Source: an uncultured Candidatus Saccharibacteria bacterium
GTDB lineage: Bacteria; Patescibacteriota; Minisyncoccia; Phycocordibacterales; PALSA-1337
DNA length: 64,000 nucleotides
Assembly: GCA_964495685.1 (NCBI GenBank)
Contig: CAZBVQ010000001.1
Span: 373,568-437,567, forward strand
Direction of reading: 5' to 3'
Both the position numbers and the translations under genes were made by a program. Below, piece by piece: positions 19,633-29,367 of the stretch (position 1 is the first letter of the stretch; every line of letters begins with the position of its first letter). The notes beneath the pieces were generated by a model that did no database searches, was not told the DNA's origin, and worked only from the letters and a program-made list of their open reading frames with translations.

Positions 19633-21387
19633 CTATCTTCTCTCTCTGATTTCCTCTACCAATTTTTTCACCACCTCATCCACGCTCATCTGCCCGACCT
19701 GTCCCTTGTCTCTACTTTCCAGTGTCACCTTACCAGCCTGAATATCTTTGTCGCCAATGATGATTGTATAAGGCACACGTGCATTCTTGGCGGCGCGTAT
19801 TTTTTTGCCGAAATTGTCATTTGAGTCATAAAAGTCAGAACGAATCATGGCGGCACGGAGCGCCTCGTGGATTTTCTTGGCTTCGTCGGCATGCGCTTCA
19901 GCGACGGGAATAACGGCTACTTGTGTCGGTGCCAGCCAGAGAGGGAAGTTGCCACCGTAGTGTTCTATGAGGAAGCCAATGAAGCGTTCATGAGTACCGA
20001 GTGGTGCACGGTGAATACAAAGAGGTGTCTTGGCGACACCATCTTTGTCAGTATAGGTAAGACCGAATCGAGCTGGTACAGCGAAGTCGACCTGGTTGGT
20101 GGCAAGGGTAAATTCACGACCAATGGCACTCCAGACCTGCACATCAATTTTGGGACCATAGAAAGCGGCTTCGTTGGGAACTTCAATAAAAGGAATTTTT
20201 GAATCCACGAGCACTTTGCGGACCATGTCCTCGGTCTTCTTCCAGAGCGCTGGTTCGTTGACGAACTTCTGGCCCAATTTCCTGGGATCATGAGTCGAGA
20301 AACGCATGACGTACTTGTCGACACCGAAAATCTTGAAATACTGGAGATACATATCATTCACGGCCTTGAATTCATCGGCAAACTGTTCTTCTGTGCAGTA
20401 CATGTGCGCATCATTCATCTGGAGTGTGCGTACGCGCATGAGTCCGAAGAGCTCACCTGATTTCTCGTGACGATAACAGGTGCCGTATTCTGCCAAGCGA
20501 AGTGGTAGGTCGCGATAGCTCTTGGGACGAGCTCCGAAAATCTTGTGGTGATGCGGACAGTTCATGGCTTTCAGATAATATTTGCCGCCCTCGTATTCCA
20601 TCGGAGGATACATGGACTCTTCGTAGTAAGGCAGGTGACCACTCTTCAGGTACATTGATTCCTTGGCGATATGCGGTGTGCGTACACGAACATAGCCCAT
20701 TTTGAATTCAGTCTCTTTTGCCAATTTTTCTAGTTCCTCGACCAAGACTGCACCGTTCGGCAACCAGAGGGGGAGCCCTGGGCCGACATCATCATCAAAT
20801 TCGAAGAGGTCGAGCTCTTTGCCTAGCTTGCGGTGATCGCGCTTCTCAGCTTCTTTCATCATAGTTTCGTACTCGTCTAGGCCGGGCCTGGACTCGAACG
20901 CCAGGCCGTAGATACGCGTCAGTTGCGCGTTCTCCTCACTTCCACGCCAGTAGGCGCCAGCGAGTCGATTGAGCTTGAAACAATCAGATGGGATATCCTT
21001 TGCGGGATTTTCGATATGGCCACCACGGCAGAGGTCAGTAAATTTGCCCATAGTGTAGAAGGTAATTTTTTCACCCTTCTCAGCAATCTCATTGATGAGC
21101 TCTATCTTGTACGGATTGGTCTTGAAATGCTCCAGAGCTTCTTCTTTGCTGACTTCCTTGTGCTCGACTGATTTCCATGAAGGTAGAAGTTTGCGCATTT
21201 TCTTTTCGATATCCTTGAGGTCTTTCTCAACGATAGGAGTCTTGAATTCGAAGTCGTAATAAAAACCGTTATCGATGGCAGGACCGATGGTCGGCTTGGT
21301 GTCGGGATGTAGTTCAAGTACCGCCGCGGCCAAGAGGTGGGCGAGTGTGTGACGGAGATGGGGGAGGTGGTCGTTTGTTGGATTCAT
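19633..21387 (-). CDS. thrS: Threonine--tRNA ligase (short form, no TGS domain)
   Basis: HTLAH, DLCRGGH, RDHRKLG, KAMNCPHH, AFYGPKID, IHRA. Confidence 0.97.
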   Translation of the reverse strand: MNPTNDHLPHLRHTLAHLLAAAVLELHPDTKPTIGPAIDNGFYYDFEFKTPIVEKDLKDIEKKMRKLLPSWKSVEHKEVSKEEALEHFKTNPYKIELINEIAEKGEKITFYTMGKFTDLCRGGHIENPAKDIPSDCFKLNRLAGAYWRGSEENAQLTRIYGLAFESRPGLDEYETMMKEAEKRDHRKLGKELDLFEFDDDVGPGLPLWLPNGAVLVEELEKLAKETEFKMGYVRVRTPHIAKESMYLKSGHLPYYEESMYPPMEYEGGKYYLKAMNCPHHHKIFGARPKSYRDLPLRLAEYGTCYRHEKSGELFGLMRVRTLQMNDAHMYCTEEQFADEFKAVNDMYLQYFKIFGVDKYVMRFSTHDPRKLGQKFVNEPALWKKTEDMVRKVLVDSKIPFIEVPNEAAFYGPKIDVQVWSAIGREFTLATNQVDFAVPARFGLTYTDKDGVAKTPLCIHRAPLGTHERFIGFLIEHYGGNFPLWLAPTQVAVIPVAEAHADEAKKIHEALRAAMIRSDFYDSNDNFGKKIRAAKNARVPYTIIIGDKDIQAGKVTLESRDKGQVGQMSVDEVVKKLVEEIRERR

Positions 21388-21430
21388 GTTGTGTGTTTGC
21401 GCAGGTCTACCCTGCGCATGTTATTGATAA

Positions 21431-21612
21431 ATAAAACGCCCGAGTATATACGCGAAAATTCACGTACATACTCGGGCGGAGAACTAATGTTCTTCGTGGT
21501 TCCACCGAGTTTCCCTTCGACAAGCGTAGGGCACTCTTTGGTACAGATTGGTCTCGACTGTGAGATCGGATGGATCCGACTACGATTGGTGGCCGTAGCG
21601 ACTTCTGTGCAG
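21431..21612 (-). promoter_or_regulatory. T-box riboswitch (Thr) with terminator/antiterminator
   Basis: Minus strand ACTCGGTGGAACCACG T-box (21510-21495); terminator CGCCCGAGTAT...ATACTCGGGCG-TTTT; ACC specifier candidates; directly upstream of thrS. Confidence 0.85.
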
Positions 21613-21709
21613 GTAATTATATAATTTCTTTTATATTCAGTAAATAGGATGTGTAGTTGCGCATACATAAATATTATGGCACACTATTTTAGAACAAAGA
21701 GAGGATTCT

Positions 21710-22024
21710 ATGAGCGAAGAATATGATCCAGATACGTTACAACATGTCCAGAGTGGTGATTACATTGAATTTGTACCGTGGATTGTTGAGGAAAACGTCC
21801 AAGGGCACGAACGACTAGTTGCTTACTTTGGTGGTCATGGACCGTTCAAGGTTACCTCAATCGGCGGTGGAAAACATGGACTCTTCACCCTCTCGATTGA
21901 AGGAAAAGGAGCGCTTACAGGGGTTTATTCTAACAGCCTGTTCCGCAAAGTAGTTCCACGACACCCACCTCGTCCGACTTATACACTTGCTGAAATGGGT
22001 TTTGAATCTCCGCAGGAACGATAG
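21710..22024 (+). CDS. Hypothetical protein
   Basis: 104-aa ORF with GAGGA RBS. Confidence 0.6.
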   Translation: MSEEYDPDTLQHVQSGDYIEFVPWIVEENVQGHERLVAYFGGHGPFKVTSIGGGKHGLFTLSIEGKGALTGVYSNSLFRKVVPRHPPRPTYTLAEMGFESPQER

Positions 22025-22129
22025 GCGAGGCAGAAAAGATGGGGCCAGGTATAGCCACCAGCACAGATGGTCCACGCGCCGATGACTTCGGCGCTTTTTA
22101 AATATTCATTTTCCCCGTATACTTACCCC

Positions 22130-23224
22130 ATGACCACCATCCTCATCATCCTTGTAATCGTCGCCATTCTGGCCAACATTTTCATGTTCGTGTTCTTCAT
22201 GCGCAAGAATCGTGTGGCTGAACAGCCAAAGGACGACACAGGACTGAAGCTTATTCTAGAACAAATCAACGAAATGTCGCGTACTGTAGATCGCAAGGTG
22301 GGAGATTTGACCAAAACTGTTGATCACAAAATCAACGAATCATCCCGCAACGTTCAAGATTCAATGCGCGCGCAACTTTCTGAGTCGTCGAAGCTCATTA
22401 AGGAGGTGACGCAGGGTCTTACCAAGCTTGATGAGACAAACAAGCAGGTGGTGTCATTTGCCGACCAGCTCCAGAACCTCCAAGACATTCTCAAAAATCC
22501 GAAACATCGCGGTATTCTCGGTGAATATTATCTCGAGACACTTCTCAAGAACGTCTTGGCTCCTGGGCAATATCAGATGCAATATCCTTTCAAGAATGGG
22601 GAAATCGTCGATGCGGCTGTTTTCGTCAAAGATAAGATTATTCCCGTCGACTCCAAGTTTTCGTTGGAAAACTACAACAAGTTAGTTGAAGAAAAGAATC
22701 CTGCAGAAAAAGAGAAGCTGGAAAAGGCTTTCGTAGGAGACCTGAAAATCCGTATTCAGGAAACCGCCAAGTATGTCAGGCCTGCAGAGAAGACTATGGA
22801 CTTTGCCTTCATGTTTATTCCGCACGAGGCTATTTATTATGATTTATTGGTCAATAAGATCGGCATGGCGGCTGATGAAACCGATAATTTGATCCAGCGT
22901 GCTGCGAGTAAATATAAGGTTATTATCGTCTCTCCGACATCATTTTTGGCCTATTTGCAAACGGTATTACAGGGCTTGAAGGCCATGCAGATCGAGGAAA
23001 CGGCCAAAGATATCATCAAGCATGTGGGGCAGTTGGGGACTCATCTCAAGAAGTATGAGGATTATCACAATAAGCTCGGAACTTCGCTTTCGACCGTGGT
23101 CAATCATTTCAACAATTCGGGCAAGGAGCTCAAGAAGGTAGATAAGGATGTTCTGCGTATTACAGGGGAGACTCCGGGGATTGATGTGGCACTGATAGAA
23201 AAGCCTGAAACTGAGGAGGAATAG
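22130..23224 (+). CDS. rmuC: DNA recombination protein RmuC
   Basis: N-terminal TM and coiled coil; RGILGE, VDSKF, DFAFMFIP, VSPTS. Confidence 0.92.
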   Translation: MTTILIILVIVAILANIFMFVFFMRKNRVAEQPKDDTGLKLILEQINEMSRTVDRKVGDLTKTVDHKINESSRNVQDSMRAQLSESSKLIKEVTQGLTKLDETNKQVVSFADQLQNLQDILKNPKHRGILGEYYLETLLKNVLAPGQYQMQYPFKNGEIVDAAVFVKDKIIPVDSKFSLENYNKLVEEKNPAEKEKLEKAFVGDLKIRIQETAKYVRPAEKTMDFAFMFIPHEAIYYDLLVNKIGMAADETDNLIQRAASKYKVIIVSPTSFLAYLQTVLQGLKAMQIEETAKDIIKHVGQLGTHLKKYEDYHNKLGTSLSTVVNHFNNSGKELKKVDKDVLRITGETPGIDVALIEKPETEEE

Positions 23225-23329
23225 GGGAGAGGTATTTTCTAGGTGTCCGTTCATGTGCATGCAAGGAAGGATGGATCTGGTAGGCTGAAGTACTGGTATT
23301 TTTGGATAATATGGTGTTATAATTCACAC

Positions 23330-23845
23330 ATGACTAAACCATCATCTTTCCTTTTAATCAAGACCAACCTGAATTCTCTTAGGGTTGTAAGGTCTGTCAA
23401 AGAGAGTCCATTTGTGAAATGGGCAAGTGTCGTGTATGGACCGTATCAGATAGTGGCCTACGTCCAGACTGATACTGATACAGAAATGGCAAATTTTATT
23501 GAAGATTTGCGTTCACGAAGATTCATAACTGAGCTTGATGCTAGAATGGTAAAGGTCATTCCAGATGATGAGAAGCTTACTCTCCCCGAAGTAAAGGCAG
23601 AAAAAGTTGCTGTTCTACTTGTTAATGTTAATTATAAAGAAGAAAAAGAGAGAGTGGTCACTTACAATCTAAGGAAAGTCAAAGGTATAAAGCTGGCGAG
23701 AGCCATGTGGGGCCCCGCTGACATAATCGCGATTGTGGAAGCTGAGGACGCTGAAGCTATGAGAAATAAGATATGTGATGAAGTAAAAACAATGAAAGGT
23801 GTCATTTCGAACACCACATTATACTGTTATCCTAATTCTCTATGA
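23330..23845 (+). CDS. Tandem Lrp/AsnC ligand-binding (RAM) domain protein
   Basis: Two repeats with VYGPYQIVA and MWGPADIIA; no HTH. Confidence 0.75.
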   Translation: MTKPSSFLLIKTNLNSLRVVRSVKESPFVKWASVVYGPYQIVAYVQTDTDTEMANFIEDLRSRRFITELDARMVKVIPDDEKLTLPEVKAEKVAVLLVNVNYKEEKERVVTYNLRKVKGIKLARAMWGPADIIAIVEAEDAEAMRNKICDEVKTMKGVISNTTLYCYPNSL

Positions 23846-24963
23846 AAAATAAACCTGTAGCTTTTGGTGCACTTATCTTGGTCATAGTCGCAATTGTATT
23901 GGCCGTTGTTTATTTGCCGACGCGACAGAAGGTGGCTATAGACCCTCTGAAGATCGGTGTAGATTTTCCACTGACAGGTAATCTTGCCAGATATGGCGAG
24001 TGGGGCAAAAGGGCCATTGAGATAGCTTCGGAAGAAACAAATGCCTCGGGAGGTGTTAATGGCTTACCAGTGCAAGTCTTTTTTGAGGACAACCAAGGTG
24101 AACCTTCGAAGGCGCTTTCTGCGTATCAAAAGATGAAAAGTCTAGATGGTATCGACGCAGTAATGACACTCGTAAGTTCTATTGCACTTATTGTCCAGAA
24201 GAGTGCTGAACAGGACAAGATCGTCCAAATGGACACATCTGCGTCGACCCCAGCATACAGTACTCCCAATGACTATTCCTTCAGGACAGGTGTAGTTGCT
24301 ACTCAGCTTGCAAAGGATGCGGCGCATATTCTCCAGGATAAGTTTAATGCCAAAAATATTGCAATTTTAAGTATTAATAACGATTTCGGTAAAGGGATGG
24401 TCGGTGTATTTAAGAGTTCATTCAAGGGTACTATCGTCGTGGAGCAGACATTTAATCAGGATGGGATAGATTTTAGAACTCAGCTTCTGAATTTAAAAAA
24501 ACAAAATGTTGATTTTATATTTTTGGTTGGGCACATAAAAGAGTCCGGTCTTCTTGTTAGACAAGCAAGAGAACTTGGCATCAAAACTCCCATCTTTAGT
24601 GACGTGTATTCGGTTGAGGGACCAGAATTTATCCAAAATGCAGGAGAGCTTGCTGATGGGATAGTGTATCTGGGCATACAATTTGATGCGGATAATAAAA
24701 GCCCTGAGGTTTCAAAATTTGTTACTGCATATCGAGCCAAATACGGCGAAGATCCTGGAGTGTATGCCGCACAAGCATACGACGGTATCATGGCCCTAAT
24801 CAAGGCCTACGATAAATGCCCAGACAATGAGTGCGCCAAGAGACAACTGTTTACGACAGATTTTCAAGGAGTTTCTGGTCGAATCAAATTTGATGAGAAT
24901 GGTGACGTGATAAAAGATGTTGTCCTAAAAACAATAAAAGACGGTAAGTTTGTAAACTATTAA
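23842..24963 (+). CDS. ABC transporter substrate-binding protein, LivK/branched-chain amino acid family
   Basis: KIGVDFPLTG, GGVNG...ED, DFRTQL, AYDG, G.SG.IKFDENGD. Confidence 0.88.
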   Translation: MKNKPVAFGALILVIVAIVLAVVYLPTRQKVAIDPLKIGVDFPLTGNLARYGEWGKRAIEIASEETNASGGVNGLPVQVFFEDNQGEPSKALSAYQKMKSLDGIDAVMTLVSSIALIVQKSAEQDKIVQMDTSASTPAYSTPNDYSFRTGVVATQLAKDAAHILQDKFNAKNIAILSINNDFGKGMVGVFKSSFKGTIVVEQTFNQDGIDFRTQLLNLKKQNVDFIFLVGHIKESGLLVRQARELGIKTPIFSDVYSVEGPEFIQNAGELADGIVYLGIQFDADNKSPEVSKFVTAYRAKYGEDPGVYAAQAYDGIMALIKAYDKCPDNECAKRQLFTTDFQGVSGRIKFDENGDVIKDVVLKTIKDGKFVNY

Positions 24964-25134
24964 AAGAGCATTTACCGGGCTCTCTTTCAAAGAGAGGTCT
25001 TCGGGAAACATTGGTGCTATTCTATTGCTGAAACTGAGGAGGAATAGGGGTATTTTCCAGGCCCGGCCTAGAAAATATTCTAGGCCGGGCCTGGAATTTG
25101 CGTTTTTTGGGTCTTCATGTATAATGTTCTGACT

Positions 25135-25452
25135 ATGCAATTCGCAGTTATCGCAACCGGTGGCAAGCAGTACACAGTCTCAAAAGGGGATGTTATCTCC
25201 ATTGAGAAGATTACGGGTACCTACAAAGAGGGTGACAAGATCACTTTCGACAAGGTACTCCTCACTGATGACGGCAAAGATACTACGATCGGCACTCCCT
25301 ATATCCCCAAGGCCTCAGTCGTTGGTACTATTACACAGATTGGTCGCGCCCCGAAGATTATGGTTGTCCACTACAAGCAGAAGAGTCGTTACTACAAGAA
25401 AAACGGCCATCGCCAGCCTTTCTTCAAGGTCAAGATCGATAGTCTCAAATAA
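25135..25452 (+). CDS. rplU: 50S ribosomal protein L21
   Basis: FAVIATGGKQY...GHRQPF. Confidence 0.97.
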   Translation: MQFAVIATGGKQYTVSKGDVISIEKITGTYKEGDKITFDKVLLTDDGKDTTIGTPYIPKASVVGTITQIGRAPKIMVVHYKQKSRYYKKNGHRQPFFKVKIDSLK

Positions 25453-25492
25453 AAAAACCGCTTGATGGCGGTTTTTTTGTTGGTTTGATTGT

Positions 25493-26116
25493 TCAGTGCC
25501 TATTTTGCAAAGCGTTCTTTATGGTCTCACCATCAACATATTCGAGTTCGGCACCAGTGGAGAGTCCACGACCTAGTATGGTGATCTTCAAATTCGACTG
25601 ATTTTTGGTCACTTTCTGAATAGCTTCACGGACGATGGTGGCTGTATGTTCGCCATCGGGCGTTGCGTTCAGAGAGAGAATAACTTCTCGAAGCGGGGAC
25701 TTTTTTTGTGTGACATGCTCCAGTAATTTCTCTAGACGAATCCGCTTCTCTGGTTCTTTGTCCAAAATAGGGACGGTGCCGCCAAGGATGAAATACAGGC
25801 CTTTGTAGGCTCCACTCTTCTCAACTGTTTCGAAGTCAGAATCTCGAGCGACAATCATGAGGGTTTCTCCGTCACGTGAGGTATCCGAACAGATTGAACA
25901 GTGATGCGAGGCCTTGGTACCGGTATGAGCGGTAAAAAAACGGTAGCATTGTACGCATTGTGATGTAGAATGACGCACTTCTTCGATGAGTTGTGTGAGT
26001 TCTTTGATGGAAGAGGGTGATTTGTTGAGCAGATAATAGACAAATCGCTTGGCCTGACGCGGGCCGATGCCGGGGAATTTGGCGAAATGTTCTTCGAGTT
26101 TGCGTAGAGAATCCAT
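25493..26116 (-). CDS. recR: Recombination mediator RecR
   Basis: PGIGPRQAKR HhH, C4 Zn finger, TOPRIM, GAELEYVD. Confidence 0.95.
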   Translation of the reverse strand: MDSLRKLEEHFAKFPGIGPRQAKRFVYYLLNKSPSSIKELTQLIEEVRHSTSQCVQCYRFFTAHTGTKASHHCSICSDTSRDGETLMIVARDSDFETVEKSGAYKGLYFILGGTVPILDKEPEKRIRLEKLLEHVTQKKSPLREVILSLNATPDGEHTATIVREAIQKVTKNQSNLKITILGRGLSTGAELEYVDGETIKNALQNRH

Positions 26117-26121
26117 AGTAA

Positions 26122-27501
26122 TTACATCTTCTCAAACCCTCCGAAATCCGCCTTATCCATACTAAGGAAGGTGGTTTTCTTGCTATCGAAGAAGAGCTTG
26201 GCGATACCGGTCGGACCATTGCGGTGCTTCTCGATAAGGATCTCCGCTTCTTCTTTGCGGCCACCTCCTTCCTGATCAGATTCACGGTGGATGAACATGA
26301 CCACGTCAGCATCTTGTTCGATAGAACCTGAGTCACGGAGGTCAGAAAGACGAGGTTTGCCGCCACGTTGCTCCACGGCACGAGAGAGCTGTGAGAGGGC
26401 GAGGACGGGTACCTCGAGTTCGCGAGCTAGATTCTTGAGAGAGCGGGAAATCTCAGTGACCTGCTGGACGAGGTTGTCAGTATTCCTCGTCTGCGTCGGC
26501 ACCATGAGCTGGAGATAGTCGACGATGATGAGACCGAGTCCCTTCTCATTCTTGAGACGACGAGCGGTGGCACGCATCTTGAGGATATTGTTGCCCGCTT
26601 GATCGTCAATGTAGATCGGAGCATCAGAGAGACGACCGATGGCATCACCGATGGCCTTGAAATCTTCTTGGACGGACAGATTGTGACCGGTACGGATCTT
26701 CCAGTTGTCGACTTGAGACTCAGCAGAGAGCATACGGTCGACCAGCTGCTGCGAACTCATTTCGAGAGAGAATATGGCCACAGGAACTTTGTGATTGATG
26801 GCAGATTTGCGGGCGATGTCGAGTGCGAGAGATGTCTTACCCATAGAAGGACGTGCGGCAAGAATAATGAGGTCTGATTTCTGGAAACCAGCTAGCTTGT
26901 TGTCGAGCTCGACGAAACCAGTCGGTACGCCGCGGAGCTCATCCTTGGTCTTGTGGAGATGGTCGAGACGTTCCCAGGCCTCAGAGAGAGTGTCTTTGAG
27001 GGCGATGAATTTGTGCGAACCGGTCTTGTTGGTGACAGCGTAGAGGGCTTTTTCGGCTTTCTCGAGGATGTCGTGGAGCTCGGCTTCTTCGTCGTACCCG
27101 AGTCCGGTGATGTGCTCGGCAGCACGGAGGAGCTCTCGCATGATGTGCTTCTTCTGGACGATTTCAGCGTAATGGGTGGCGTTGGTCGAAGAAGGGACTG
27201 CGTTGACGAGTTCGCTCAAGTAGGTGATTCCGCCATTCTGTTCGAGATGGCCTTTTTCTTTGAGACGTGCAGAGACTGAGAGCATGTCGATGGGAGTACC
27301 CTTGCTGTGAAGCTCGAACAAGGTAGCCCATATAGCTTTGTGCTGGTTTGAATAGAACGATGCTTCGCCGACGACGTCGACGATGTCATGCATGACTTCT
27401 CCTCGGATCATGATAGATCCGAGCAAGGCCTTTTCAGCCTCAATATTCTGAGGAGGTATCTTGAGATCTTTGGTCTTGAAATAGGGAGACGTCGTGCTCA
27501 T
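26122..27501 (-). CDS. dnaB: Replicative DNA helicase
   Basis: AARPSMGKT, FSLEM, IVDYLQL, LSQLSR, DLRDSGSIEQDAD; no intein seen. Confidence 0.97.
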   Translation of the reverse strand: MSTTSPYFKTKDLKIPPQNIEAEKALLGSIMIRGEVMHDIVDVVGEASFYSNQHKAIWATLFELHSKGTPIDMLSVSARLKEKGHLEQNGGITYLSELVNAVPSSTNATHYAEIVQKKHIMRELLRAAEHITGLGYDEEAELHDILEKAEKALYAVTNKTGSHKFIALKDTLSEAWERLDHLHKTKDELRGVPTGFVELDNKLAGFQKSDLIILAARPSMGKTSLALDIARKSAINHKVPVAIFSLEMSSQQLVDRMLSAESQVDNWKIRTGHNLSVQEDFKAIGDAIGRLSDAPIYIDDQAGNNILKMRATARRLKNEKGLGLIIVDYLQLMVPTQTRNTDNLVQQVTEISRSLKNLARELEVPVLALSQLSRAVEQRGGKPRLSDLRDSGSIEQDADVVMFIHRESDQEGGGRKEEAEILIEKHRNGPTGIAKLFFDSKKTTFLSMDKADFGGFEKM

Positions 27502-27572
27502 GTGCTGATTGTATCACAGGGGCAGGAATGTGTCGGCGCGCACGTTATGAAATGGGTGGAAAAGGTGTGGAG

Positions 27573-27679
27573 ATCCCCGACAATGTATGCGCACAGGCCC
27601 CAGAAAGGAGAACTTCGTGGTATGCGGAGTGAGTGCCAAGATCTGTTTCTGGGGCCTGTGCGCATACATTGTTGGGGAT
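27573..27679 (+). repeat. 107-nt long hairpin element (34-bp stem, conserved 39-nt loop)
   Basis: Arms 27573-27606 and 27646-27679 with one G.T pair; loop motif shared with 52552-52659. Confidence 0.85.
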
Positions 27680-27816
27680 TTTCATGGCGAATGTTGTTGT
27701 TTACTAGACCATATAAATAAATCTTCAGCGAATCTTCAGCGAATCTTCATTTTTTCTTCATGCACCATTGGTACTGTACATACATTATTAGCAACCCATA
27801 ATACACTTCCAATTTC

Positions 27817-28395
27817 ATGCACATCAACAAATATGGTTTCAAGAAACCAACGTATCCATTGCGTATTCGATCGGTCGATAAGTCTCATTACAAACGTATT
27901 CCACGTCATCTGCTCAAGGCCTACAAGCCGCGCACCTATGCTCGTGGCGGATTCACACTCATCGAAGTTTTGGTTGTTATCGGCATCATCGCTATACTTG
28001 CGGCAGTTGTCTTGGTGGCAGTCAATCCATCACGTCAGTTCAAGTTGGCTCGGGATTCGCAACGCACCAGCAATGTCAATGCAATCTTGAACGCTATTCA
28101 CCAGAATATGTCTGAGCATAAGGGTTCATTCGTATGTAACGGTGTAGCCAAGACAGTCCCAGTCACATTCACGCGTATCAAGAGTTCATCGTCACCGGCT
28201 GATCCAGGCGATATTGCCAGCTGTCTTGTCCCTGACTATTTGTCGGCGCTACCGTTCGATCCTAGTATTACGGACGGACATTTCGCTAGCACGACTGATT
28301 ATGATACTGGGTATGAATATGCTCGGGATACCAATGGGCGCATCACTGCCAGTTCGACAGGTGAGCTCACGACCACTATCTCGGTGACGCGATAG
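27817..28395 (+). CDS. Type IV pilin / prepilin-like protein
   Basis: G^FTLIEVLVVIGIIAILAAVV prepilin motif; ARDSQR; Cys pair. Confidence 0.9.
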   Translation: MHINKYGFKKPTYPLRIRSVDKSHYKRIPRHLLKAYKPRTYARGGFTLIEVLVVIGIIAILAAVVLVAVNPSRQFKLARDSQRTSNVNAILNAIHQNMSEHKGSFVCNGVAKTVPVTFTRIKSSSSPADPGDIASCLVPDYLSALPFDPSITDGHFASTTDYDTGYEYARDTNGRITASSTGELTTTISVTR

Positions 28396-28419
28396 TGTGT
28401 CCATGGTACGATAGGTGGG

Positions 28420-29349
28420 ATGCATAGCAATCGTCGTCTCATACTGATCATGTGTCTGTGTCTTGTGGTTGTCGGCATATCAGCGGCGGCTCAGTTTGAT
28501 TATTACCAGAATCGTCCTCAGGATGCGACAGTTGCTACGGATATACCAACAAGCACCAGCATAGATAATTCATTCTATGACACGAGTGCAAATGCAAGTA
28601 CAAGTACTACGACTCGGCCACCTATTCCTGGACTGACGGCGCGGGCATTCCTGATCGGTAATATCCAGACAGGTAAGATATACAAAGAATACAATAGTAC
28701 ACGGCCACTCCCGGTGGCGTCTATGTCCAAGCTTGTGACCGCATTCGTAGCTACAGACATCATGAAGGGTGATGAAGTCGTTACGGTCACCGAAGAGGCG
28801 ACCAAGGCGCCACCAGATGGGAGTAATTTGCTTGCGGGTGAGAAGTTCCACTTGAGCGAAATACTAGTTCCGCTACTCTTGAATTCATCGAATGTTGCCG
28901 CCGAATCTATTGCTTCGACCAAAGACCGCACGCGATTCCTGGAATTGATGAGTAGTTATTCGTGGGAAATAGGCATGCCCAAGACATATTTCGCGGATCC
29001 ATCGGGAGTCAATCCTCACAATGCCGCATCGGGCAGAGACCTATTTGAACTCGCCAAATACCTAGTCAATTATCGCCCCGACATTCTAGCGGTGACTCGT
29101 ATTCCAGAAGCTGATACCGCGACGACCAGTGAGCATGGAGGGCATCATTTCTCGAGCACACATCCGTTCGTGCGAGATCCACGATTCATCGGCGGCAAGA
29201 CGGGGCGTACACCTGATGCAGGTGAGACGATGATGACGATATTGAATATTAATGATCAGCCAATCGTGTTCATCGTACTTCATTCGGAGTATGGGTACCG
29301 TGAAGCTGATACGCGCATATTACTTCGTGAATATGAGACTATTCAGTAG
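28420..29349 (+). CDS. D-alanyl-D-alanine carboxypeptidase (peptidase S11)
   Basis: SxxK (ASMSK), SxN (SSN), KTG; N-terminal TM. Confidence 0.9.
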   Translation: MHSNRRLILIMCLCLVVVGISAAAQFDYYQNRPQDATVATDIPTSTSIDNSFYDTSANASTSTTTRPPIPGLTARAFLIGNIQTGKIYKEYNSTRPLPVASMSKLVTAFVATDIMKGDEVVTVTEEATKAPPDGSNLLAGEKFHLSEILVPLLLNSSNVAAESIASTKDRTRFLELMSSYSWEIGMPKTYFADPSGVNPHNAASGRDLFELAKYLVNYRPDILAVTRIPEADTATTSEHGGHHFSSTHPFVRDPRFIGGKTGRTPDAGETMMTILNINDQPIVFIVLHSEYGYREADTRILLREYETIQ

Positions 29350-29367
29350 CTTCTCTGTGTGAGGGAA

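Larger units (their letters stand above)
23205..25050. mobile_element. AT-richer cargo island bounded by a 23-bp direct repeat of the rmuC 3' end
   Basis: CTGAAACTGAGGAGGAATAGGGG at 23205-23227 and 25028-25050; no integrase inside. Confidence 0.7.

Noticed and set aside
21337-21668. ORFs over the thrS leader
   Set aside because: Explained by the T-box; no protein-like features.
26122-27501. Intein in DnaB
   Set aside because: Normal length (459 aa) with contiguous motifs.
27720-27749. AATCTTCAGCG 11-bp tandem repeat (about 2.7 copies)
   Set aside because: Short local slippage upstream of the pilin gene; nothing else supports a function.
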